DNA from: Vicugna vicugna | Lineage: Eukaryota | Direction of reading: 5' to 3' | Assembly: GCA_013265495.1 (NCBI GenBank) | Contig: MU058418.1 | Location: 2,627,491 to 2,691,490, forward strand | DNA: 64,000 nt | Shown here: in pieces, positions 39,561 through 53,143 of the stretch | How the letters are laid out: each line of letters opens with the position of its first letter | How positions within the stretch are numbered: the first letter of the stretch is position 1 | Translations under genes and position numbers: made by a program | Notes under the pieces: model-generated | Told to the model about the DNA's origin: nothing | Seen by the model: the letters and a program-made list of their open reading frames with translations, nothing else | Databases searched by the model: none

Positions 39561-41164
39561 AGATATACCAAAGTAAGATGAAATTAATTCAAATATATCA
39601 GCAATCATGATAAATACAGATTAAATTCACATATATAGATAGAGGTATTATGGAAGTACCCATCCACTCCTTTCCATTGCGTTTTTTTTAATCTGCAGAG
39701 ATAATAGTTAAATATAAATATAGTATTTGTATAAATGAGAGAGAGGGCAAATGTGGCAAAATATTAACAACCAGTGAATCTTAGTGAAGAATATATGAGA
39801 GTTTATTGTATTATTCTTATTCTTGTAACTTGCCACTTTTGTGTTTATATATTTTCAAAAGAAAATGTAAAATTTTTAAAAAGGTAAAAGTAAAACTCCA
39901 GGTAATAGCAATGTGGGGGCCCATGTTCAATGGATAGTTAACTTGCTATGATCTTTGTTGTGTTTAGGAGGAATAGAAATACTGAATAATTTTACATGTT
40001 GTTTTAAAATTTTAGTAACTATATTCATTTAAAATTTAAGGGTAACCACAAAGAATAAGAATAATAATAAAGCTTCAGCAAAAAAAGGGAAAAAAGCCCA
40101 ATTTAAAAGAACCAAAATTTGTCCAGATATGCCGGTAATCACAATAAACATAAATGAATTAAACACACCTGTTTACAGACAGATTATCAGATTGGATTTA
40201 AAAACACAATCCAGTCATATAGTGACTATATCACTCTTACAGCCTAGATATAAACTAAAACTGTATCAAAAAAATACGAAAATAAAGGACCCTAGAATAG
40301 CACTGCATATAAAATTTATCCCTCAGAAAAGCTGGTACGGCAGAACTAACAGCAGACAAAATAGAATTTAAGGCAAAGAAGATTTCTAGAAATAAAAAAA
40401 TGAGAAAATATATATATACATGGTTGAATGTTCTTCCTGAGTCTTTCACTTTCCATTTCCAGCAGCAAAGCATGAACAGTATTCCCAACAAGCATTTCAA
40501 TGTAGGATTGTATCAATATATTGTTTATATTTCCAAATTTAATAAGCAAGAAGAAAAAGGAATCTTTTTGTAGTTTAATTTCAAAGCTCACACTCTCTGA
40601 AATACAGCAGCGACCACACAACACAATTGATGTTTTGTAATGAATGGCAGGCTCTCTGCCCTGGGAAGCAGAAAGTGGCATTCCTTTCAGGGTCCAAGTG
40701 GACCCTTAGCCTCAGGGGACTGCATCCCGGGTGAGGGAGGACCCGCCCCCAAGAGCTGAACAGGCAGGAAGTCCAGTTCCGCACAGATCCCCTAACTGGC
40801 AGCCCCAACCAGAAGCTACATCTGCTCTGTATTAATCCTTAGCAGCTTATTTCATTTCTATACAGCACAGTATTTACTTTCTATACAATCTCCAGCAAAG
40901 CTGTTCAGTGCCCTGAGGCAGCAAACAATAATAGTTCTCTATGACCAAGTCTGAAGGAACAATCCCCTTTCAATTTCACACAAAGCTTTCATTAAAAAGT
41001 CTGGACTGGAATTAGGTGCAGTTAGCAATTTCCAGAGAAGTCTCTGATATACTTTCCCTAAATACAAATAAAAAGAAAAAAGAACACGCTTCTATAAAAT
41101 TTAGTAAAAACTTACTGAAATTGTTAATAAAAATTCTTTGAATTTACAATCAAATGACTAATTC

Positions 41165-41345
41165 ATGCCAGGCACTCTGCTGGAGGCTTTTATACCGTGT
41201 CCTCTGATCTAATTCTCAGAAACAATCCATTTAGGTGGTATCATTGTCCCCATTTTACTGACAATCAAACTGAGCACCTAAAGGTTAAATGACTTACCCA
41301 ATGCCAAAAACCAGCAAGAGGACTCATGCCTCAAACTTAGATTAG
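41165..41345 (+). mobile_element. MIR relic
   Basis: atgccaggcactctgctgg...gtccccattttactga...aaactgag...aggttaaatgacttaccca. Confidence 0.7.
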
Positions 41346-42663
41346 TGAGTTTACAGAGGTAAATTCTAATGTAGTCCTGTTATTCATATAATCATCAGCA
41401 TGGTTACGACCAAAAATAATAATTTCTCATTAACCAGCCTGGATCATTTAGGATACTCTGTGTCATAAAAAAGCATCTGTGATGATTAATATGAGCAGAA
41501 ATCTCAGATTCAATATTTCTAGTCACATTCTGGAAAAATTCTTATGTGTAGTTACAGCAACAAGGACCTCAGCCAAGAAAAGAGAGTTAATCATTTTAAA
41601 TAACACTGGAACCAGGTGATATTACTCCCTGGCAGACTGGGCTTCTAGTTCACGCACTTCTGCTGAGGCAGCTGCTCTCACTTGATGCTTTAGAAAAGTT
41701 TTTTGATTTATGGTTTGAAGTTAAAATTACCAAAGAGTTTTAAAAGCAGTATGAAAGCCATATGCATCTCAGAATGCTGCCTTTCATTTTTACCTACGTT
41801 TTGGCCTGAGTGGCTGAAATATACATATGGCTAAAGAGAAGAAGAAAAATAGCTGCTTAACAGGGACAACATTAGGAAACACTATGAGATGTTTTAAAGT
41901 CATGAAGTGAAAACAAAGCAACAAAAACCCCTTTAGTTTCTATAGTCACTTTCAGGAAAAAACATCTGAAGAAGTCAAGGCAAAAGCACTGACATTTTTT
42001 AGTGTGCTTTTTTTCCTATTTGTTTTCCCTGCCAGAGCTGCATCCTATTTACCAGTGTCTATATGTGAAGAAAAATGAAAACAGATCTTGCTTGCTGTAG
42101 GCCAGAAATGAGGTTTCCCTTTATCTGGCTAGCTCCTAGAAGCGTGCTCCTAATAGAAGCACTCACTCACCAATGGCTTTAGTTTTTGTTGGTTTTGTTT
42201 TAAAGCATTCACCAAAAAAAACCCTATGAAACAACATCAATATATTTTAAATTCTTCAACAAGGGATTTTTTTTTAAGCAACAAATACATACCTGGCAAT
42301 TCTGAACCAGATCCCTTTCATTATTAATGGGTTTTTTTTCCATCCTTTTTTTTTTATTCTGGTAAAATGCACATAACATAAAATTACCATCTTAATCATT
42401 TTGTGTCATTATTAATGTTTTCAATAAAAATAAGGAGCCTTAGGAATATAAAAAATCCTTTAAAACATTTATCCTTTTTAGGTATCACTGCAAATATGCT
42501 GCCTCATAAGCAGTGTTGTCAAAGGCATCACGCTTCATCCTCAGCATAAAGGTTTGCCCACCGCAGCTCCCATGGAGTTAAACAAGCACAATTCAGGTGC
42601 CTACTTGGTTTTCTGAAAACACATTCTTCATATGAAATGTAGCATAGATAAATTACATCCACA

Positions 42664-42790
42664 TTTTTTTGGAGGGGGTAATAAGGTTTATTTATTTATT
42701 TGTTTGCTTTTAATTGGAGGTCCTAGGCATTGAACCTAGAACCTCATGCATGCTAAGCACCCACTCTACCACTGAGCTATATCCACCTCC
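42664..42790 (-). mobile_element. tRNA-Ala-derived SINE (Vic-1-like)
   Basis: ggtaataaggtttatttattt...ttgaacctagaacctcatgcatgctaagcacccactctaccactgagctata. Short tccaca flanking repeat. Confidence 0.88.
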
Positions 42791-44259
42791 TCCACAGATT
42801 ATTTTTTGAAGTCTCATTTTATCCTCACATTTACCAACTCTTTGGATAAATATTATCTCAAACAGCAAAATGGCTTTGGTTAGCCCTCCTTTCTCGGCTC
42901 AGTCTTTTCTTTGAAGAGTGGGGGTAGATAAGGCCAGGAAGGATGTAAATAGAATTAAGAGGGAGCAGCAAGACTCCTAAATGAACAAAAAGAATCAATA
43001 GTCAGCTCTTTGAATAATCTAGAGTTGACATGTTAGAGGGTCAAGCCTGTAATTTTCAGCTGTAAAAACAGGTCTATTAAAGTAACAAGCAGCAAAAACA
43101 AAATAAAGTTCTGAAAAATGCTGTTACTTCTTCAGGCTCTGTTCAAAGATTTTACTCCAAAAATCCTATATGTTTCATTAAGGCTCCTAACTATTAAACT
43201 CTAGTTACTCTCAATCGCAAAGCAAAATACAAATACAAAATTCAAAACAGATGTTAAAAGAACAGCACATTCTTTGAAGCTGCTCTTGAAGTTCTTGCTG
43301 TCCAATTAAAGGAAGGTTTTGGTTTGGGTTTTTGTTTTTTTGTTTTTTGTTTTTTTTTAAAGAAGAGTAAGAGGAGGAGCAAAAAGGAAAAGAATAATGC
43401 AGAAGAAAAGTTTTTAAAGATCAAGTAGCCAACTCAAGTTTAAAATTGAGTTCAATGTACACTGTATCTCAGAAGCACCCATTCTGGCATGTTCTAAATT
43501 ATATGCCATCTCTAGCTGTGAATAATAGGTCAAGAGGCCAAGCCCAAGAAGGGCTGGCAATTACATACAAGACAATTATACTCCAGAGAATTTCTCTAGT
43601 ATCCTCATACAGAATGCAATTAGCTCACGTCTACACTAAAAATTGCTTTCAAAAAACACCGTTCAAAGATTGAATTTCTTTTTGCTATCCACTTACAATA
43701 AAATATTTGTAGAAGTTTGACATCTTTTGACATAATTATATCAGTTGCAACACACATAATGTCCATTCAATTTTACAAAATACATTTTAATCAAAGCCAC
43801 ACATATTTTCTGAACTTTAAGAGCCTAGAGAGTCAAAATCACTGTTACAACAGTGAGAAACATGATACACTAGCAATCCCTTATCAAACATAAACCTGGC
43901 TCTGATTACTTTTTGTATTTGAGGCCAATGTAAGTAGTTTGCTCTGTCTGGAAATTTTAAATCAGTTGCCAAATGAAAATGGCACTCTTGATCCCATGCC
44001 AGGAGTAAGTTTCTTAGTCTCCTTTCCCAGGCTTGGTCAAAACCTTAGCACTACTCAACAGCAACTAAAATCTTAAAACCAATTTAAATATCTCTATCCT
44101 TGCCAAAACTTTGTATCTAGAGAGCCAACTCTATAAATAATGATGGGTAATCAGTAAGGTTAAAACTCAACCTTCAACTATCTAATCCTTGGTTTGCATT
44201 TTAAAAAAAAGCTCATGAGTTCATTCATTCTAATTATGAGATCAAATGAAAAATCTAAC

Positions 44260-44488
44260 CTTGCGATGCCCAAATTCATTCAAAATGGTTCCCAGTTTTC
44301 TAGTGCTGCTATATGGTTTTTGGGCAGCAACAGCTGGATGGGGGTCTCGCCAGTCGATGGACACGCGGTGATACCAAAGACGTTTACTCTCCAAAACGTG
44401 AGCTGATTTAACACTAGGATCAAAACAATGCACTTCACATCCATCGTTGGCCATGCCAACCTCAAAATGGGTATCATCACTTCCTAGC
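44260..44488 (-). CDS. METTL24: METTL24 coding exon 4 (229 bp), part of the SAM-dependent methyltransferase-like domain
   Basis: Translates (G)[76 protein letters not shown], contained in track ORF 44242..44589. Acceptor ctttctttacag| and donor AAG|gttaga. The first G completes the Gly codon split from exon 3. Confidence 0.97.
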
Positions 44489-45783
44489 CTGTAAAGAAAG
44501 AGGGTGCAAGTCAACATCAGAAAAATATAATGAAGCAAAAGTGTTGGATAAACAAAAATGACAGTGTCAAGGCCAATTTTCTTAGTCACATCAAGCCTTT
44601 TCCTGCTTTAACATGTGGTTAGTTGCACACATTTAATAAACCTTCCTTCACAAAAGCGTTACAGCTAAAAAGCTTCTTGATAAAAGAAGTAAATTATCTG
44701 CTAAATGCCAACCAGAGAATCACATGTTCAAACATAAAGAAGCATATCAAATTCACTTTCTAAAAAAGATACAAACTATAGTAGCAATGAAACAAAGACT
44801 ATCTAGCCATCTTAAGAGATTTTTTTCAGAATGTGTAAGAAATGTAAGTCCCAGGATCAGTTCCTTTAGTGAGAAGTGCATTCTACTAATGAAGTAATTG
44901 GTCTCCATTGTAATGGCCACGGTGCTGTGCATGCAATTTGACTTAAAGACAACAGCTGGGTTTTTTTGGAAATGGAGCATATTTTAAAACAGCACAGTTA
45001 AAGAAGAAAGGCAGTTGTATGTGGTTCTACTGGATCTGGTACTTGAGAGACAAAAGAGATACATCACCTAACTTCACATAAACAGGGGAAGAAATTATGA
45101 ATTAATTGTGCTTAAGCACCCAGTAGGTAACACATATTGTGGAACATTCACATACTTACAAATTTTTTATTTACTCAGGAATATTCCTTACTTACTGATG
45201 TAAGTTTCATTACTTTGATTAAAGCATCATTTTGAATGAAAAACATGAAATTAACCAAAAGAGGACAATTTTTTTAAAAGATCATTATGACTTTTCTGCC
45301 CAAAACACTATAATTAGATATGATTTAAGATACCAAAATCCCATAGAGTATCTATAATGCACTGGCCAAACCTGAACCCAGTGCAGAAATGCTTCATTAT
45401 TTTAGACTCTAGTATTTCAGACTGTTTTATAATTTGGAAATGTATGAGCTCATTAAGTAATAATCTAAGTCTTCAGTACAAAGATCTTCCACCTAGACAC
45501 TCTTAATACTCTGTTTGCCTTGTTCTTTCCCTTCACTCCCATTACATTGCTCTTTTTCTCATTGGACCCATGTCATGTCAACCTTCTGCTATCCCTCAGC
45601 TAAAATTCTCTTAACACTTTTAGCTAGGAAAAAGATTCAGCACTCTTCTCATAAATGCTCCCATTCCTTCTACCCAAGATATCCTGGTTCCTATTTTCAA
45701 CTTCCTACTGAACCCACACAGCTCAGACCATTGTATTCTCTATCCTAGCTTTCCTCAATTTGTTCATTATTTAATTTGGTGTT

Positions 45784-46245
45784 GTAGGTTAACTTGCTGG
45801 CCCTAATTCTTCACCCCTTTATCCACATTACTGCCGTGGTCATCATGGATGAGGTGTCCTTTCCTGCCTCTTGATTTTTCAGCTTGGCCATGTGACTTGC
45901 TTTTTGGAAGGAAGGAACATGATGCCAGTCCTAATCCTGTGGCTTTCAGTTAGGTTCAGTTCACTCTCTTGTACCATTATCGTAATAAAAATTTACCCTG
46001 GAAAGTTTGCTGGTCTCAGAAAAATAAAAGACGGGAGAAGCAGAGGTGCCCCAGCCAATCCACTGGCCTTCTGTGAAACACAGAATTTCCCTTAGCCACC
46101 TCAGCCTGAAGTAAAGTCTCCCAGCTGAGCCTGGCCTGGATCAACTGAAGCCCAGCCAATCTGCAGATGTATAAGAAATAAAAAATAATGGTTTTAAGTT
46201 ATTGAGCTTTAGAGTGACTTGTTACACAGCAATAGCTAACTGATA
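45784..46245 (+). mobile_element. MaLR LTR (MLT1G/H-like)
   Basis: cttggccatgtgacttgcttt...ttgttacacagcaatagctaactga terminus. Confidence 0.75.
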
Positions 46246-47894
46246 AAACTCACATTAAATATAAATCCAAGAGTTGCAGTAGACACTAGAAAGCATTTTT
46301 TTTGTAGACAGATTTCTATGTAGATCACAATGCTATAGAATTTACCTGTCCCAAGGGATCTTTTCACTTAATTGAATTTACTGAAACTTTATTGAGCAAA
46401 CCAGTGTTATCATAGATAACCCATTGGAAAAACATCAGTTTTGTAGCTTTACTAAGAGTACAAACCACTATGTCAAAAAAGTACTCATTAAATATAATTT
46501 GTATATAAACTTTCAAGAGTAAAGAAAGGTGAATAATATCTTTCTCTGTGAATTTTCAGAATATTGTCTCAAGAAAAGATTTTCCACTGTAAAATATATA
46601 TGTATTTTAATCAAGACTTCAAAAAAATTCTAGAATTAACCACATACAGTTGCATAACTAATTTTTTAGTAAGGCACTTTATTATATATTGATGTATTTT
46701 CAACTTAAACTAGTTTCTTGCAATTAAAAAATAACAAATACACTTATAAAAAGTTCAAGTTGTAAGTACATAAAATGAAAAGTAAAATTTTCTTACCACT
46801 AGAAATTTAGCCATTAATTTCCAGAGATAATCAGTTAGCAGTTTTTTGTGTATCCTTCCAGAAATTTTCTACATATGATCAAGTGGTTCTCTACTAAAAA
46901 TACCATTAAAAATATATATATATATATTTGTTAATCATTAGATGGTGATGAGCTACTTTGTATGATACACTAAATAACATGAAACCATTGAAATTTGTAA
47001 AATTTTTGGTTAACTTATGTTACTTTTACTGAATAAAATTCACTTAATCTAAATATGTAATATGCACTGTATTGGCAAGTAATCAACTACATTTATTTAG
47101 TCAATGTCCATAATTCTTATTTTCATTTATTTACAATTGTACTTCCTCAAGCTTAGTTTAAATTAGTCATTTGTGGTAGGTGTAAAAAGCAAGAGGAAGA
47201 ACAAATGTAATATACACAGGTGTTGCAAAAAGTGGCCCAAAGTGTTAAAATCAGGAGTCAAATCCAATCTAAGTAGTTCCAAAGCAAGTACTCTTTACAC
47301 ACTTCCTCACAGCAAATGAGCACAGGACACAGCATCATAGAAGGAATATGTGTAATCTAGGAAATCATCAGCTACTAGACAGTAAAGCTCCATGAAGAAA
47401 AGGGCTGTGTCAATCTTGCTTATTTCTGAATCCCTAGTGCCAAGTAGATAGATGAATAATGACAGACAAATCCACAAAATGTTGCCCTAAGTGAAAGAAA
47501 ACCATTAGGTAGGGTCTGAAATTCCCAGAATATACAGTACAATATCCAACATGGCATGGGATGGGCTACATTTCACTGAATTATTCATGTATACAGACAA
47601 ATATTTATAGAGCACACTATATGTTCAAGGCACTACACTAGACACCAGAGGCAGACAGATGAATTAAACACAATCCTTGATCTGAAGAATCTCATAAATA
47701 GTAAAGAAGAAAGATTTTTGAACAAATAACTATAATAAAATAGCTAAAACTAAAATTATTATTTATAACAAAAATGTATTACATCTGTAAGGAAACCATT
47801 TTTTGCTCTTATTTAATCAGAAGGAGAATTCACTACAGAAGATTTTATAGACTTTTTTTATAAGATTATATACATATATATTTATTTATAAACA

Positions 47895-48200
47895 TAGATC
47901 ATATGGCTTCTACTTCAAGGTCTAAGATAGTTTTTCCAGTTCCTGCCATCACATCTGCATTCCAGCCATTAGGAAAGTAAAAGAGGAGGGGAGATTCACA
48001 TCTTTTCCTCTTAGGAGCATGGTCTAGAAATTGCGCACATCACTTGCACTCACATCACATTACTCAAAGCCAGTCATATGGTCACTTGTAGGTACAAGGA
48101 AGGCTATAATATACAGTCTTCTACAAGGTGGCCATGTGCCCTGCTAAACTCAGCAGTTCTGTTACCAAAGACAAATGGAAGAATAAATACTGGCAGATAA
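47895..48200 (-). mobile_element. MaLR LTR fragment (MLT1J-like)
   Basis: ccatcacatctgcattccag...agtcatatggtcac...ggtggccatgtgccc. Confidence 0.6.
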
Positions 48201-48839
48201 CTTGCAGTTCCTGCTACAATCCATTTCTGAAATAGTTAAGCAGTTAATATGTATATTCAAAGGTATAAGCCTTCATAAAAACTGTAACCTATCCCTCTAT
48301 ATGGGGGAGAGAGAAAATTATATAACTCACACTTACAAGTATTATTCTGCTTATGTTAATACAATGGTTTGCAATTGCAATAAACTTTTCAGCATAGAAG
48401 GGCATCAAATCTGAGGGATTTGTTGAAGAAAGAGTAAAGGGGAGGCTTATAGAACTAAATTTCCAAAGGTAATAGAATAACAGAGTCAGTAAGCATCTTG
48501 GCCCTCCTCTCCAGAAGTCTGAGAGAGCAACAATCAGGATCCCTAAGTGTGGCTGTGCGGGTTATGCCAGGGGGCACAACTCACATCATAGTCACCATAA
48601 TGATAATTATTCAGCAGATGGCAGTGAAGTTTCTTGAAGGAAGAGATGCCTTTTCCAAGTTGTATAAAAGTGTACCTTGGACTGACTACATTGCTAGCAA
48701 TTGCATGTCCTTTAATGCTACTGAAGGGTAGAAGGGATGGAAGAGTCACTGTTCAAGTCCTTGGTTATTCTTTTAAAAATATTCCTAAGAGTATTAAGGT
48801 GACTGTCCATTACGTTCCCAAGAATCAAAAACTCAGAGT

Positions 48840-49565
48840 ATAAATGCATGAAGAGATGTTCAAGATTATTGGTCAGTAGAAACAAAACCATAATGTGATA
48901 CCACTTCACATCCACTAGAATAGCTATAATCAAAAAGACCAATACATGTTGGTGACAATATGGAGAAATTGGAACCCTCATACATTGCTGGTGGGAATGT
49001 ATATACAAAATGAAATATAACCAAGATAAATGAATATATATATCCACACAAAAAGTTGTATAAGAACATTCAAAGCAATATTATTTATAATAGGCAAAAG
49101 ATGGAAACAACCCAAATGTCTATCAACTGATGAATGGATAAATAAAATGTGGTATATCCATACAATGGAATATTATTTGGCAGTAAAAAGGAATGAAGTA
49201 CTGATACATATTACAAAATGGATCAATCTTGAAAACATTATGCTAAATTTTAAAAAAGCCAGTCAAAAGGCCACATATTGTATGTTTCCACTTATCTGAT
49301 ATGTCCAAAATAGGTGAATCTATACAGACAGAAAGTAGATTAGTGGTTCTTTAGGACTAGGGGATGAAGAAGAGGAAGAAGGTTGGAGGGAATTAAGAGT
49401 GACTGCTACTGGGTACCAGTCTTCTTTCTTGGGGTGATGGAAATGTTCTAAAATTGACTGCAGTGGCTAGAAACCATTGAATAGTACACTTTAAATAAGT
49501 GAATTGTGTGGTATGTGAATTATATCTCAAGAAATCTGCTAAAAAAATAAAAAAATAAAATAAAA
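48840..49565 (+). mobile_element. L1MB/MC-like 3' end
   Basis: ORF2 terminal peptide relic (KRWKQPKCLSTDEWINKMWYIHTMEYY, track ORF 49030..49299), followed by 3' UTR and an A-rich tail. Confidence 0.85.
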
Positions 49566-52500
49566 TCAGAGTAGATACAGGGAAAGATTTTTAACTCTCA
49601 CCATTGAAGGCAGAAAAGTTGGAAGAAGTAAGACAATTAGTGTTTTCCCCAGAAGTTTCTGTTGTCCATTCCTCATCCCAGCAAGAACCAGAGAATCTGG
49701 CCAAATAATTATCTAGATATGTAAACTGCCAATTACTGGAGAGGGAGAAATAGGTTTTCCAAAGCAATGACATTGAATAGTGGATAAAAGTATTTTATAT
49801 TTATTAATTATTATTAAATAACATAGCCTGAAATGCCAAGATTTCATCTAAAACATATATTCTCAGTATGGTTGATATCACCCATAAGGGGACAAAAATT
49901 GATTCTTAAGGGCAAAGAAAAGCTTTCTGTTTTACATTTAAAGTATAGATACAGCTGTTACATAAATATACAATGTATCTAGGGTATTAAAATTTCATGG
50001 GGAGGATGATTAGGAAAAAAAAGGGTCCTTGGGTCTCTGGTTTTCTGATCCCTCATTCATATAAAATATGAGCTTCTGCCATGCTAATGAAACTATTATA
50101 AGATGAAAATTTTTGGCTCTGGAGCTCCCATTCCTCTGAAATGCTCACAGCAACCAGAAGTTCCAGATTTTCTATATAAGATATTGTTGCCTAACTATGT
50201 ATCACGTATCAAATTTTCCTCTGTCTTACACTGAGAATTTATGTCTTCAAACCAAATGGTGCAACATACCAAAGAACTAAAGAAATTAAAAACATTTAAT
50301 GATATATTATGCCTTCTCAGGTTTTCTCTTCCACTCCTATTCCTACCACTGAAATATAATCATTGACATGAAAGATAAAAAAGTGATTTTTCCCAATTCA
50401 CTTTAGCTACTACCCTCATCCCCACAGCACCTCCCCATCATCACCCCTCCACCTCACACACTACGAGTAGACTTGCAGGGCAGGCCCTGTCTGCAGTCGT
50501 GGGGTAGACAATGTTATCATGGGAACCCACAGCCTCTCTTCACTTCTATTCTCTTTCCCCTTCTCCATAACATAACCTTCCTTTTCAGTGCCTTCTCCTA
50601 TCTTAATTGGTCTATTCTACCCCCATTTCAAAACTAAAATGGATCTTATTTAAATTTTCAACTGAACTTTACCCAGAGTGCACTCTCCCAGAAAAGTGTC
50701 TTTTACATTAACTGTGGAATAAAAAGCTTTGACTCCTAGTAAAGAAATTTCAAACATCAGAGAAAAGGTGGAGGTGATACCTGCTTCAGTTCTATGAGAG
50801 CATTCAACCTCTGCCTTTTGATCCATATCACTCCCAGAAGGTCATCCCCAGTTGCTGCTGCATCCATCACAGGATAGGAATGGCTGGACATAGGAATAGC
50901 AGTGGCATGGTCCTGCTGCTGCCACAACCCTGGGGCTTGGAGCACATACTGCCTGGATGGAGGGACCACACTTACCACCTGCCCTCCCCTCCTACCTCAC
51001 AACTATCCCAACACTCTCAAATGCTTACGCCTCATTTTAGGACCACCACTTCTGGTCTGGGTCTCTTTCTTCCCTCAGCATCAACTGAGATGTTGTCAGT
51101 CAGCTATTTACCTGCCCCCGAAGCAAGCAATTCATCTGAGAAGCAGGGAATGCTTGACTGGATTCTCAATCCTGGGTAACAGTGCAACCAACATAAACAT
51201 CCACAATCCAAAGCACCCTTTCTTAGGGCATAAGAAATACTGTCTTCAGTTTCCAGTTTTCAGTTAAGCATTGTCAGGTTTTGAATCAAATGTTGGTCCT
51301 TAAAATCTATTCATTTCTTTTCCCAGTGGAACTCAACTGTTCCTATCTGCTCTTTACAAAGTTGATTTTGAACAGTGAACATTTAAATTAAAATAAGAAA
51401 CTACCTTTTTACATGTAATAATCTGAAATCTTACAGCAGAACCAATTTATCTAATGGCTCTGAAGTATAAGGAAAGCAAAAAGGAATTTGAAAGATTTTC
51501 CCCAAAACAGTTCTCCCAGTTCTGTTTTACTCAGCTATATGCTTTAAATGAAATTATTCCAGGGTGTAAAATATTAAGCAAAACATAAAGGCAGTTTGGA
51601 GCAAGTAAACAGGACCAAGCTGAGATCTCTAATTTGCATTTAGCATTATGCAATTATTTTTATGACCTGGTTTCATACATTTTTAATATGACATAAAATA
51701 AACTCTACTGTCACAACTTCCTATTCTTCTTACAATTTTGCAGTATAGCTGATGGGCTCCCAGAAAAAGAGCTCTGTTTTAATCAACTGGCTGAGCAACT
51801 CATTTCCTAATCCACAGCCTCCTGGTTTAAATCAAGACAGAACCAGCTTCCCTCCTTCGTCTCCTTATCTCATGCAATAGTTTATGGAGCAAATGTGTAC
51901 TGAGTACCTACTGTGTATCACACTCCACTGATATACACCATGGCTCTTTATTTAGTCCACAGAAGAATATTTCCATTATCCTGAAACTGTTATTTGAACT
52001 GCTTGTGTGTGTGTGTGTGTTTAATCCATGCTGATTATAACTATGAATTCTTGTTTGGTAAAGTTTGACAGCGATGGTGGATGCATCAGCCCTTTTGGGT
52101 GGGCCTCCACATCACCCAAACATCTGCCCCAAACCCTTATCATCTAGGATTCCAGTTGGCAGTTGTCACTCCTGATTCTGAACATAAATTGCAGAGGAGA
52201 TGAAACCTATTCATGAGGAAAAAGCAGATGATACTTGTGAGGGTCCTCAATATTTTGTAAAGGACTCCAGGCATCTTTCCTGAGAATCTAACCACACAAC
52301 TTCTACAGAGGCTACAGAACAGGGTATTGCAAACAAGAATAACTCTAGCTTGCCTTTTTTTGAGACATACATAATTTGCAAGTTTTCAGGACTGCTTACA
52401 TGTGTACTGGTGTATTTGGTGAGATAATCTCATTATGTTACATTCACCCTTTTACAAAAAAAACTCTCTAAATCTAAATTGTATACTTAGGTCATTTTCA

Positions 52501-53003
52501 GCCTGACTAACTGAATATCAATACTTCCCAGTTTTGATAAAATCTCATTGTTTCCATAGGAGTTCCCTCTTCTTTCTTTTTTAGTGTAAAACTATACACA
52601 GATTTACCGTTGGCATAAAACATAAAAATCAAACAGCGGCCATTTGTCTTGGGTCACTCATCATAACTGCATATAAAATTTCTAATATACTCACTGTTCT
52701 TTTCTATTTCTAATAAGAATTCCAGCTAGAAATCATTGGCTTCAGCAAGAAGATCATCATCATGTTGAAAATGGAATGGAAGTACCCAACTTACTACTAG
52801 CAGAATGGAAGAGAGAGTGGCCCTGGCCACTCTGGTGAGCTGCAGGTGCCCACAGTTACATAACAGACAGATGGGTCTAAAACGATGGCAAGAGAAGCAG
52901 CAGAGCACCTGTTATACCTACCAGCATTCATAATTTGTGTTGTTGACAAAGCCTTGGCTGCCTGCAGGATCTTTTTTTTCCCCCTGCTATAAAACGTACT
53001 TAC

Positions 53004-53143
53004 CCTAAGGAATAGAGGCGGCACTGCTTGTTGCGGATTTGATGAGCTAAGCCAAACCTGTCATCAAGACAGACCGACCAGGGCTTTTTTGCAGGGCTGG
53101 AGTCGGTGGCTAGGCTGTCTGTACTCATGTGATCACATGCAAT
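53004..53143 (-). CDS. METTL24: METTL24 coding exon 3 (140 bp)
   Basis: Translates [46 protein letters not shown](G). Acceptor tttacag| and donor GG|gtaagt, phase 0/2, in frame with exons 2 and 4. Confidence 0.97.
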
